Assembly: GCA_963743305.1 (NCBI GenBank)
Contig: CAVUPH010000014.1
Location: forward strand, 192,001 to 256,000
Source of the DNA: an uncultured delta proteobacterium
GTDB taxonomy: Bacteria > Desulfobacterota > RBG-13-43-22
Reading direction: 5' to 3'
Length of the DNA: 64,000 bases
Below are positions 8,405 to 17,401 of this stretch, piece by piece. The position numbers were made by a program, and so were the translations under genes. The notes beneath the pieces were generated by a model. The model was not told the origin of the DNA, ran no database searches, and worked only from the letters and a program-made list of their open reading frames with translations. The number at the start of each line of letters is the position of its first letter. Within the stretch, counting starts at the first letter, position 1.

Positions 8405-9853
8405 ATGGCTCATGCTGATTTACAGTCGTTTATATCCAGGCTGGAAAAGGAGGGGGAACTGGTTCGCATCAGGGAACCGCTGGATCCTTATCTGGAAATC
8501 TGCGAGGTAACCGACCGGGTCTGCAAGGCGGGCGGCCCCGCACTCCTTTTCGAAGCGGTGAAGGGGAAAACCGTTCCGGTGCTGACCAATGCCTTCGGTT
8601 CACTAAAACGGATGTGTTTGGCTCTGGAAGTGGAGCGCCTGGATCAAATCGGAGAGGAAATTCACCAGTTGTTGGCGCTCAAACCTCCCCAAGGTTTCAT
8701 GGATAAACTCCGGCTACTCCCTCGGCTCAAACGGCTCCGGGACCTGCTGCCGCGCACGGTGGACCGGGGACCCTGCCAGGAGGTCGTTTTTCAGGAAAAC
8801 CCGGACCTGTCCGCTTTCCCGGTTCTGACCACCTGGCCCCTCGATGGTGGTCCATTCATTACCCTGCCCCTGGTCATCACTCGGGATCCGCAGACCGGGA
8901 AACGCAACGTGGGCATGTACCGCCTCCAGGTATTTGACGCCAGGACCCTGGGGGTCCACTGGCAACTCCATAAAGTGGGGGCCCAGCATTTTCGCGCCGC
9001 CGAAGCCTCGGGGAAGGACCTGCCCGTGGCCGTGGCCCTGGGACCGGACCCGGCCCTGACCTACGCGGCCACCGCCCCGCTGCCGGAAGAGCTGGATGAA
9101 TTCATGTTCGCCGGGTTCTTGCGCCGGGAGCCCGTCAAACTGGTCAAATGTCGCACCATCGATCTGGAGGTGCCGGCCAATGCCCAGATCGTTATTGAAG
9201 GGATCGTCCCGGCCGGGAAGCGGCGACGGGAAGGGCCTTTCGGGGATCACACGGGCTATTATTCCCTGGCGGATGACTATCCACTGATGGAGGTGACCTG
9301 CATCACGCAGCGAAAGAACCCCATTTATCCGGCCACGGTGGTGGGGGTGCCGCCCATGGAAGACGCCTTCCTGGGCAAAGCCACGGAGCGTATCTTCTTG
9401 CCCCTGCTTCGACAGACCCTGCCGGAAATCCGGGATATGCATCTGCCGGCCGCCGGCGCTTTTCATAACTTTGCCCTGGTGTCCATCGAGAAACGCTACC
9501 CCGGCCACGCCAAAAAGGTGATGATGGCCCTCTGGGGGCTGGGACAGATGATGTTTTCCAAATTCATCGTGGTCTTTGACGGGGAGGTGGACGTCCAGGA
9601 CCTGAACCAGGTCCTCTGGCAATGGGGGGCCAATGTGGACCCCCGGCGAGACTCGGTACTGGTAGAAGGCCCGGTGGATGCGCTGGATCACGCCGCACCG
9701 CTGCCGGCTCTGGGCAGCAAAATCGGGTTTGATGCTACAACCAAATGGCCGGAGGAAGGATTCGGCCGGCCCTGGCCGGATAAGATCCGCATGGATCCTC
9801 AGGTGAGCGAACGGATCGACCAACTCTGGTCTAAGCTGGGGCTGCCGCGATGA
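8405..9853 (+). CDS. ubiD: UbiD-family decarboxylase (menaquinone pathway, MqnL-type)
   Basis: RNVGMYRLQ, EGPFGDHTGYY, PPMED, GPVDALDHA, KIGFDAT. Confidence 0.9.
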   Translation: MAHADLQSFISRLEKEGELVRIREPLDPYLEICEVTDRVCKAGGPALLFEAVKGKTVPVLTNAFGSLKRMCLALEVERLDQIGEEIHQLLALKPPQGFMDKLRLLPRLKRLRDLLPRTVDRGPCQEVVFQENPDLSAFPVLTTWPLDGGPFITLPLVITRDPQTGKRNVGMYRLQVFDARTLGVHWQLHKVGAQHFRAAEASGKDLPVAVALGPDPALTYAATAPLPEELDEFMFAGFLRREPVKLVKCRTIDLEVPANAQIVIEGIVPAGKRRREGPFGDHTGYYSLADDYPLMEVTCITQRKNPIYPATVVGVPPMEDAFLGKATERIFLPLLRQTLPEIRDMHLPAAGAFHNFALVSIEKRYPGHAKKVMMALWGLGQMMFSKFIVVFDGEVDVQDLNQVLWQWGANVDPRRDSVLVEGPVDALDHAAPLPALGSKIGFDATTKWPEEGFGRPWPDKIRMDPQVSERIDQLWSKLGLPR

Positions 9854-10710
9854 AGCAGCTTGCGACAATTTTTGAACTAGTCAAATTTGAACATACGATT
9901 TTTGCCCTGCCCTTTGCCTATCTGGGGGCCTGGCTGGCGGCTTCCGGTCCGCCCAGCCTGAAGGTGGGGCTGCTGATCCTGGGGGCCATGGTCGGCGCCC
10001 GGACCGCGGCCATGGCCTTCAACCGGATCGCCGATGCCAAAATCGACGCACTCAACCCGCGAACGGCCGGCCGACCGATTCCCTCTGGGCGCCTATCCCC
10101 GGCCGCAGCCTGGTTCGTATGTCTGACCGCGACGGCCGCTTTTTTTCTGGCCAGTTGGACACTAAACCCCCTGGCCTTGGCCCTTTCGCCCTTGGCTCTG
10201 GGGGTGATCCTGGCCTATTCCTACACCAAACGGTTTACGGCGACCTCTCACCTGATACTGGGGCTGGCCTTAGCGATAGCTCCCATCGGGGGTTGGGTGG
10301 CGGTGCGGAATGAACTGGAGCTGCTCCCCTTGGTCTTGGGGGCCGGGGTCTTGTTTTGGGTGGCCGGCTTCGATGTCCTCTATGCCTGCCAGGACGAATC
10401 CTTTGATCGCCGGCACGGGCTGTATTCCCTTCCGGCCCGCAGGGGAGCCGCGGCGGCCTTTCGGGTGGCCGGTTTTTTTCATTTTCTGGCTTTTCTGTTT
10501 TTTGCCCTCACGGGCCGACTGGCCAACCTGGGGGGATTCTATTTTATCGGGTTAACCCTGGTCTTTATCTTTCTCTTTCTGGAACACCTGATTATTTCCC
10601 CCCGAGATCTTTCCAAGCTGCAGACTGCTTTTTTCACCTTGAACGGAGCGGTCAGTCTGGTTCTTTTTTTGGCCACCTGGCTGGAATTTTGGAAGGGACG
10701 TTCGTACTAA
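9850..10710 (+). CDS. ubiA: UbiA-family polyprenyltransferase (MqnP-type)
   Basis: VKFEHTIFALPF, NRIADAKIDALNPRT.GR.IP.G, YSYTKRF, FDVLYACQD. Confidence 0.9.
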   Translation: MKQLATIFELVKFEHTIFALPFAYLGAWLAASGPPSLKVGLLILGAMVGARTAAMAFNRIADAKIDALNPRTAGRPIPSGRLSPAAAWFVCLTATAAFFLASWTLNPLALALSPLALGVILAYSYTKRFTATSHLILGLALAIAPIGGWVAVRNELELLPLVLGAGVLFWVAGFDVLYACQDESFDRRHGLYSLPARRGAAAAFRVAGFFHFLAFLFFALTGRLANLGGFYFIGLTLVFIFLFLEHLIISPRDLSKLQTAFFTLNGAVSLVLFLATWLEFWKGRSY

Positions 10711-10767
10711 AACCTCTTGCCCCGAGGGGTACCCGCGGAGCCTGAAGAAGATAAAGGAGGAGGTCCG

Positions 10768-11775
10768 ATGAATAAAAAAATTTCTCTCTTGTTAGGGGCC
10801 GCTTTCTGGCTGGTGAGTTTCTGCCCCCAGCCGGTTACGGCCCTGACCACGGTCAAAGTGGGGATGCTCAAAGTCTCCAGCAGCGCTCCTCTTTTTGTGG
10901 GGCTGGAAAAAGGATATTTTCAGGAGGAGGGGATCAGGATCGAGCCGATCTGGTTCAAGTCGGCCCAGCCCATCGCCGTGGCCCTGGCCAGCGGGGATAT
11001 TGATGTCGGGGCCACCGGTCTGACCGCCGGACTTTACAACGCCGCCGCCCAAGGAACCAAGCTGGCGGTCGTGGCGGACAAGGGTCGGGAATGGCCCGGA
11101 TATAAATTGACGGCCCTGGTGGTGGATTCGAACCAGACCAAGGCCGGAATCAAAGATCTCGCCCAACTCAAGGGGAAGCGGATTGGCATCACCCAGCTAG
11201 GCTCCACCTTTCACTATATGCTGGGCAACCTGCTGGAGAAAAGAGGCCTGTCCCTCAAAGACGTCAAAGTCGTTCCCCTGAACAGCCTCAATACGATGCG
11301 GGACGCCGTTTTCAGCCACCAGATCGAGGCCGCCTTCATGGTCCAGCCCCATGTCACCCCGGCGGAAAAAGCGGACCGGGCCGACGTGCTGCTCTGGGTG
11401 GGTGATCACCTGCCTTACCAGTTGGGAGGGATCTTTTATGGAGAGAAACTGATCAAGAACCGCTCCCTGGCCGTCTCCTTTCTCAAGGGCTATATTCGCA
11501 GTTGCCGGTATTATCATGAAAACGGATTGAGCAAGAAAGCGGGGGTGCCGACTCCGGAACTCCTGACCCTGATCGCTCGGTATACGGAAGAGAAACCCGA
11601 GGACGTGGCCGCCGGGCTGCCCTATATCGATCCCAACGGAGAGCTGCTCAGTGGTGACATTCAAAAACAGATTGACTGGTACGCGGCCCATGGCCTGGTG
11701 ATCCGAAGGATGCCTTCCTCCGAAATCATGGACCCTTCGCTTTACCGTGAAGCGCTGAATCAGCTTAAAAAATAA
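10768..11775 (+). CDS. ABC transporter substrate-binding protein, NitT/TauT/SsuA (NMT1-like) family
   Basis: Signal peptide MNKKISLLLG...VTA; EKGYFQEEG, ALASGDID, LKGKRIG; AAGGAGG RBS before ATG 10768. Confidence 0.88.
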   Translation: MNKKISLLLGAAFWLVSFCPQPVTALTTVKVGMLKVSSSAPLFVGLEKGYFQEEGIRIEPIWFKSAQPIAVALASGDIDVGATGLTAGLYNAAAQGTKLAVVADKGREWPGYKLTALVVDSNQTKAGIKDLAQLKGKRIGITQLGSTFHYMLGNLLEKRGLSLKDVKVVPLNSLNTMRDAVFSHQIEAAFMVQPHVTPAEKADRADVLLWVGDHLPYQLGGIFYGEKLIKNRSLAVSFLKGYIRSCRYYHENGLSKKAGVPTPELLTLIARYTEEKPEDVAAGLPYIDPNGELLSGDIQKQIDWYAAHGLVIRRMPSSEIMDPSLYREALNQLKK

Positions 11776-12551
11776 TGCCGGTCTTGATCGAACAGCTTAC
11801 CAAAACCTATCTGGACCGGAAGGGGCGGACCCTGCCGGCGCTGGAAGAAGTGGATTTCACCGTCCGGGAGGGGGAATTCCTGACCCTCTTGGGCCCCAGC
11901 GGCAGCGGAAAAACAACACTGCTCAATATCATCGCCGGGTTGCTATCCCCCACTTCCGGCCGGGTGGTCTTCGAGAGAGCGAGTCTCAACGGCCGGCCGC
12001 TGACGGCGGTAGTTTTCCAGGAAGGCGCCCTCTTCCCCTGGCGGACCGTTGCAAAAAACATTCAATTCGGACTGGAAGAAAAGGGCCTGGGAAAAGCACA
12101 GCGCCGATCCCTGGCCGCTGAATTTATCCAATTGACGGGCCTGGCCGGCTTTGAGGATCGTTATCCCCACCAGCTCTCCGGAGGATTAAAACAGCGGGTG
12201 GCCTTGGCTCGGGCCCTGGCCGTGAATCCCTATCTCCTGCTGATGGATGAACCCTTATCGGCCCTGGATGCCCAGACCCGGCTGCTGATGCAGCGGGAAA
12301 TTTCGCAAATTTGGGAAAAGGCCCGGAACAGTGTCTTATACGTCACCCACAATATTCGGGAGGCCGTTTTCCTCAGCGATCGGGTGGCCGTCCTCTCACG
12401 GAGACCGGGACGGATCGTAGACCTGGTCTCCATCGACCTGCCCCGTCCCCGCAGTGAGGATCTAACCCGTGAGCAGCCCTTCCAGCGATACGTGGATCGC
12501 TTATGGTCCCGGATCAAGGACCAAGCCCGCGAGGCCATTGAGGAGGGATGA
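11775..12551 (+). CDS. ABC transporter ATP-binding protein (NitT/TauT family)
   Basis: GPSGSGKT, YPHQLSGG, LLMDEP, VTHNIREAV. Confidence 0.93.
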   Translation: MPVLIEQLTKTYLDRKGRTLPALEEVDFTVREGEFLTLLGPSGSGKTTLLNIIAGLLSPTSGRVVFERASLNGRPLTAVVFQEGALFPWRTVAKNIQFGLEEKGLGKAQRRSLAAEFIQLTGLAGFEDRYPHQLSGGLKQRVALARALAVNPYLLLMDEPLSALDAQTRLLMQREISQIWEKARNSVLYVTHNIREAVFLSDRVAVLSRRPGRIVDLVSIDLPRPRSEDLTREQPFQRYVDRLWSRIKDQAREAIEEG

Positions 12552-13411
12552 TGGCAGAAGAAAAGACCGCCTCTTTCTCAATCCGCCATCGGACGCCCCA
12601 GTCGTCCTATGCGGCGGCCCGAACCGGGACGGTTCGGGACAAGACCGCTTTTATCGATGACCGGCCCCAGCCTTATTTGAGCTGGATCGCTTTTGCGGTC
12701 CTGCTGGGCCTCTGGGAAGCGGCCGGCCGTCTCTCCCTGGTCTCCCCCCTCTTTTTGCCGGCTCCCAGTGATATTCTCATGGAAGCCTGGGGACTGCTGA
12801 TCTCCGGTCAGCTTTTCCGGCACCTGGGGATCAGCTTGTTCCGAATTGGAAGTGGTTTTACGCTAGCCGCCGGACTGGGCGTTCTGTCCGGGATACTGCT
12901 GGGTTCTTCGCGCCTGGCAGAGGCGCTGGGGAATCCGATCCTGGCCGCCCTCTTTCCCATCCCTAAAATCGCCATCCTTCCCTTGCTGATTCTCTGGTTG
13001 GGAATCGGGGAAGCCTCGAAGATTGCGGTAATCGGCCTGGGGGTCTTTTTCCCACTGGCCATCAACGTCTACACGGGGGTTAAGAACGTGGATCCCCTAT
13101 TGATCCGGGTGGCCCTGAGCCTCGGTTCCAGTCGTCTGGGTCTGATCAGAAAGGTGGTCTGGCCCGCCATTCTGCCCATGATCTTTGCCGGTCTGAAGCT
13201 GGGCCTGGGGATCTCGCTCCTATTGGTAGTGGCCGCCGAGATGATCGCCGCCGACGCCGGGATCGGGTATCTCATCCTGACCGCCGCCGATTTGATGCAA
13301 ACCAAGAAACTTATGGTGGGGATCGGGATGCTGTCCGGGCTCGGGATATCGTTTAACTGGCTGCTGGGGAAATTGGAACGGTTGCTGATCCCCTGGAAGG
13401 AGGGTCTTTGA
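12548..13411 (+). CDS. ABC transporter permease (NitT/TauT family)
   Basis: LFLPAPS, PIPKIAILPLLILWLGIGE, VAAEMIA..GIG. Confidence 0.92.
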   Translation: MMAEEKTASFSIRHRTPQSSYAAARTGTVRDKTAFIDDRPQPYLSWIAFAVLLGLWEAAGRLSLVSPLFLPAPSDILMEAWGLLISGQLFRHLGISLFRIGSGFTLAAGLGVLSGILLGSSRLAEALGNPILAALFPIPKIAILPLLILWLGIGEASKIAVIGLGVFFPLAINVYTGVKNVDPLLIRVALSLGSSRLGLIRKVVWPAILPMIFAGLKLGLGISLLLVVAAEMIAADAGIGYLILTAADLMQTKKLMVGIGMLSGLGISFNWLLGKLERLLIPWKEGL

Positions 13412-13455
13412 AGTAGGGAAGGGTCTTTTGAACCGCCCGGGAAGAGAAATGAGAC

Positions 13456-15276
13456 TTACAAATCCTTCATAGCGATTTCTCGGATCGTCAGCGGCTGGCC
13501 GGACTCGTCCGTAACGGTGGCCTGTCTTTCATTGAACTGAACCCGCCTAAATTCCGTATGGATGATCAGGGAGGCCTGTTTCCCCCTAATCAGGGTTCCG
13601 GTATGAATAACCTGTTGGACCTTGACCAGGGGCTTCATTTTTTCCTGGTCTTCCTCTTCCTTCATTTTTTTGATCTGCTCGTTAAGCCCCTGAATGACTT
13701 GGTCCTGTTCCTTAATGGCCCGTTGGTGGGCCAGGATGGCTTCGGTAACTTGATCCTGCTGCTCCATCAACTTATTTAACGATTCTTCCGCAGACTTTAT
13801 TTTTAAATCCAGGTTTTGATATTCCCACTCCGCCTGGGCCAGGCGGGCCGATTCGTTTTTTTTCCCCAATTCTTCAATCTGGACTTTCAGGGATTTCTGT
13901 TCCAAGATCCCGCGATCCTGAATCTGAGCCAGATGGGCAATCTGGCCATCATAATTTTTTGTTTCCCGTTTCAACTTTTCAATTTCTTTTCTAAGCACCT
14001 CTTGTTCTTTTTTCCGGTTTTCAATTTCCAGACCGAGTTGTTCGCTCAATTCCTTAGCCTGTGAATCGACCCCGATAATCAAGGTACATGGACGAGAGGC
14101 ATCGGAACCGATAATCGGCGCTTCGATCCCTTTCCGGGCAGAAATGGTGGAGGAGATAATTTTTCCAGATGGAGAGCTCATCGACAAAAGGCCGTTGATC
14201 TCAATATCCCCATGCAGCACCTCATCTCGGACACTGATATCCCCCATGGCCTGAATAGTGGACGCTTCTATATAGCGGGCTTTAATATTTCCCTTGGTCT
14301 TGACCCGGGATCCAATAATGCCTCCCTGAATATCGATATCCCCTTCCATGTCCACTTCGGCCTTATTGATTTCCATAGCCGTCAAACGCCCGCCTTTAAC
14401 CCGAAATCCCTCCTGGATAATCCCGCGGACATTGATATGGCCACTAAACTGGATGTGGCCGGTCTCCAGTCCCACGTCTCCCTCGATTCTCAGTTCCGGA
14501 TAAACTGAGATCTGGCCATCTCTGGTCAGGGCCGCGCGCCCGCCGGTCTTGGCAAGAATCTTGAGTCCATCCTCCGAAAGCTTGGTGTTTTCCCCCGCCA
14601 ACAAGAGGGCATCCCGCGACTGCTCTACCGGGATCAATTGCCCGAAAACGTTTTTTCCGGGTACCTCTTTGACCAAGGGGATTTTTTCGGCCAAAAGGCC
14701 TCCTTCCTTGACTTGCTGGATTTCTCCTTTATCCTTAAAGTCAATCATTCCGCTTTCGCGAACGGTTCCGACCTTATGTCCCTCGGTGTCAAAGTGATAG
14801 ACGATCTTCGCGTCTTCTCCCGACCGGGGGGGGGTTCCTTCGGCAATCAACCAGCCCTCTTCCTTCGGTTCCCGACGAGATAAAAAATCGGAAAGGTCGT
14901 TATCCCCGATCAGTCCGTAAACAATTCCTTTTTGGGAAATATATTCTTTCAAGGCCTCCAGGGTGATGGAATCCGGGGTCGATTCCGGGGGAAATATTCT
15001 GGCGCTCAACTGGCCATCAGCGATCACTATTTTAAACCCCATCGATTCAAGTTCCGGAATGTTCGTTTCCTGGGACTCGGCCTCTTTCGAAGGGCCGGCG
15101 GTTGTTTGTTCTTCTGTCTCCACGGGCGGGGGTCCGGTAGGCGGCCCATCCTCGAAAACAATTTTGAATTTTTGGCCGCATTTTAAGCAAGGGGCCATTT
15201 TATGTAGGGCGGTTTCCGGGACGCGGTATCTGGTCCCGCAGGCAGGGCAAAGGGCGGGTCGTTTCTGAATCTCCAT
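13456..15276 (-). CDS. FapA (DUF342) family flagellar assembly protein with N-terminal zinc ribbon
   Basis: CPACGTRYRV...CLKCGQKF; IAEGTPP..GEDAKI, GMIDFKD, GDVGLETGHIQFSG, beta-helix followed by coiled coil. Confidence 0.85.
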   Translation of the reverse strand: MEIQKRPALCPACGTRYRVPETALHKMAPCLKCGQKFKIVFEDGPPTGPPPVETEEQTTAGPSKEAESQETNIPELESMGFKIVIADGQLSARIFPPESTPDSITLEALKEYISQKGIVYGLIGDNDLSDFLSRREPKEEGWLIAEGTPPRSGEDAKIVYHFDTEGHKVGTVRESGMIDFKDKGEIQQVKEGGLLAEKIPLVKEVPGKNVFGQLIPVEQSRDALLLAGENTKLSEDGLKILAKTGGRAALTRDGQISVYPELRIEGDVGLETGHIQFSGHINVRGIIQEGFRVKGGRLTAMEINKAEVDMEGDIDIQGGIIGSRVKTKGNIKARYIEASTIQAMGDISVRDEVLHGDIEINGLLSMSSPSGKIISSTISARKGIEAPIIGSDASRPCTLIIGVDSQAKELSEQLGLEIENRKKEQEVLRKEIEKLKRETKNYDGQIAHLAQIQDRGILEQKSLKVQIEELGKKNESARLAQAEWEYQNLDLKIKSAEESLNKLMEQQDQVTEAILAHQRAIKEQDQVIQGLNEQIKKMKEEEDQEKMKPLVKVQQVIHTGTLIRGKQASLIIHTEFRRVQFNERQATVTDESGQPLTIREIAMKDL

Positions 15277-15378
15277 AGGGCTCCCAAGAAAGTGTACGGA
15301 TTTTGCAGATTAAATCAAATAGTATTATAACGGAACTTGGTTGCCAAGAAAAAACTTAACCCGTGATCCAGAGGAATC

Positions 15379-15391
15379 GGCAATTTTTTCC
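15379..15391. promoter_or_regulatory. Putative enhancer, GG-N9-CC (ftr-like) class
   Basis: GGCAATTTTTTCC about 175 bp upstream of a sigma54 promoter; the same motif occurs at 29301 and 47064. Confidence 0.5.
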
Positions 15392-15553
15392 CTCAGGCTT
15401 TGCCGGAAAGGAAATCCAGCAGTCCGCAATTTCAAAGGTATTGTCGAGGGGTACTCTCTTTTTTGTTTGAAGGGAAGGGTGTTTGTTCTAAAAATACGGG
15501 TTTCTATCGAGTTCTCATTAAAAATAGAGGCCAATCTATCATGAGGCTATAAA

Positions 15554-15569
15554 CGGCATCTAAATTGCA
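15554..15569 (+). promoter_or_regulatory. sigma54 -24/-12 promoter
   Basis: CGGCATCTAAATTGCA (GG-N10-GC). Confidence 0.75.
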
Positions 15570-15603
15570 TTAACAAACTAAAAAAACTAAGGAGCTATGG
15601 CCT

Positions 15604-16086
15604 ATGGATATCCAAAAAATCGGAATTTCTTCGTCCCTGCCCTCAGGGGGGCAGAACCAGGAGATCAAAAAGACATCGGATTTTCAACGGATCCTTCAGG
15701 AGGCCCATCAATCCGTCAGCGCCTCGAAACCAGATCCGAGTCTTCTGCTCAGTCCCCCCACTCAACCCCTGTCCCCGGGATTTGAAATCGGCCCGCTGAA
15801 AGGAGTTATAGAAATTCAACCCGCGGACCAACTGCGAGCCCAAGGAGTTTCGGCGGCCGAAAAGACCCTGGATTTACTGGGGCAATACCAGCAGGCCCTG
15901 TCAGATCCGGCTCAATCGCTCAAGCAAATCAGCCCCCTGGTTGAATCCCTGTCACAAAAAGTTGACCAGTTGCAAAAGTTGACCCAGCAATTCGCCGCTG
16001 GGGATCCTTTGCATAAAATTATCCAGGATGTCGGGGTGGTCTCGGCCTCGGAGATCGCGAAATTTAATCGCGGAGATTATGTCTAA
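15604..16086 (+). CDS. Flagellar-regulon protein, FliX-like
   Basis: RAQGVSAAEKTLDLLGQYQQALSD and DPLHKIIQDVGVVSASEIAKF resemble the two conserved blocks of alphaproteobacterial FliX as recalled from memory; AAGGAG RBS. Confidence 0.6.
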   Translation: MDIQKIGISSSLPSGGQNQEIKKTSDFQRILQEAHQSVSASKPDPSLLLSPPTQPLSPGFEIGPLKGVIEIQPADQLRAQGVSAAEKTLDLLGQYQQALSDPAQSLKQISPLVESLSQKVDQLQKLTQQFAAGDPLHKIIQDVGVVSASEIAKFNRGDYV

Positions 16087-16098
16087 AAGGGAACGTAC

Positions 16099-16707
16099 AT
16101 GACCATTTCCATAGGCTCAACCTTGCCGACCCTGGAAGAACTCCCGGCGGTAGCCACCAGGGGGATTTCCCTAGGCACTCGTCGAAATTCCACTTTTCCT
16201 CAACTTTTGGAGACCAAACTGTCCCAGCCCGTCCCGGCAGGGGAAGGGCCGAAGCAGACGAGTATCGAATATATAGTCCAACCCGGCGACACTTTATGGA
16301 AACTGGGTGTCAAAAAATTTCAGACAGATCCCTACCAAATCGCGCGGGATAACGGAATCAAAAATCCGGACCGAATCTATCCTGGACAAAAACTGACGAT
16401 CCGGAAAGAGGTAAATCCGAACGGTCAGGAGGTGACCGCCAGTTGGTATGGGGCGGACTACCATAATAAACCCACCGCCAGCGGGGAACGATTCGATATG
16501 TATAAGAATACGCTGGCCCATAAGACCTTGCCCCTGGGAACCGAGGTTCGATTGACCAATCCCAAAAATGGTCTGCAGGTCGTGGCCAAAATCAATGACC
16601 GAGGCCCTTTCATTTCCGGAAGGGATGTGGATCTTTCTTACGGGCTGGCTCGGAAACTGGATATGGTTGCCCAAGGTGTGGGAAAACTAAAGATGGAAAT
16701 CTTATGA
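16099..16707 (+). CDS. LysM + RlpA-family (DPBB) lytic transglycosylase
   Basis: YIVQPGDTLWKLG...NGIKNPDRIYPGQKL (LysM); ASWYG...TASGERFDM...AHKTLPLGT...INDRGPF...DLS (RlpA). Confidence 0.9.
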   Translation: MTISIGSTLPTLEELPAVATRGISLGTRRNSTFPQLLETKLSQPVPAGEGPKQTSIEYIVQPGDTLWKLGVKKFQTDPYQIARDNGIKNPDRIYPGQKLTIRKEVNPNGQEVTASWYGADYHNKPTASGERFDMYKNTLAHKTLPLGTEVRLTNPKNGLQVVAKINDRGPFISGRDVDLSYGLARKLDMVAQGVGKLKMEIL

Positions 16708-17039
16708 CCGGCAGGGGAAAAATCTTCATTGTTTTTATGTCGATGGTCGGCTTGCTGGCCATGGCTTTCAATGTCTTTCCCGGGGGGACGGACCAAACCG
16801 CTGTCTCCCGAGGTGCGCTTCCTCTGGAGCAACCGGCACCGGTCGGACCGGCCGGAAATACTCTGGATAGGCCCTCTTCGGTAGGGGTTCAAGAAGTTTC
16901 CCGCCCCGATGGGGGACACGATGTCATCTATTATTCCGTTACTCCGCCGGAAGAGAAGCAGGCCCGGCGACAGGCAGAAATCCAAAAACGGGAAAAATCC
17001 CTGGAGCTATTGGATCGAGCGGTTATCATCAAACGGTAA
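16704..17039 (+). CDS. Hypothetical membrane-anchored protein
   Basis: ATGA overlap with the upstream gene; N-terminal hydrophobic segment. Confidence 0.6.
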   Translation: MTGRGKIFIVFMSMVGLLAMAFNVFPGGTDQTAVSRGALPLEQPAPVGPAGNTLDRPSSVGVQEVSRPDGGHDVIYYSVTPPEEKQARRQAEIQKREKSLELLDRAVIIKR

Positions 17040-17401
17040 CAGGGTTTTTGATCTTGTAGTTCAATAGGCTGCTGTTCAAAGGGGATCCGTCACGTTTCTT
17101 AAGAGAAGCTCACATTTTAAAGTCTATCTGTTTTTCCTGCTCGGCTCCCGTCCCTTCCGTCCATTGCTCCCCCTTTTTCCCTAACGAAATAAATTCATTG
17201 ACTAAAAGGCCGGGTTAGGCAAAAATAGAGTACTGAGTAGTGAGTCCAATCCTAGCCAAAAATATTTGAAATGTTTTTGACTGTATTAAAAACCAATTAA
17301 CAAATTTAAAGATAACGTCTTTTTATTTAGATTCTTACGTCCATGGTTAGAGACGAATTCTCAGGACAATGGATGTAATAATCTAATGCCAAGAGGTCCC
17401 A

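Noticed and set aside
8714-9868. 384-aa antisense ORF, and similar long shadow ORFs (48004-48843, 50821-51555, 57596-58372, 59698-60534)
   Set aside because: They lie opposite well-conserved genes, have no recognisable motifs, and are expected from codon bias in GC-rich DNA.
10768-11775. SBP as MqnA or MqnD
   Set aside because: It has a signal peptide and a cognate ATPase and permease; MqnA/MqnD are cytoplasmic enzymes.
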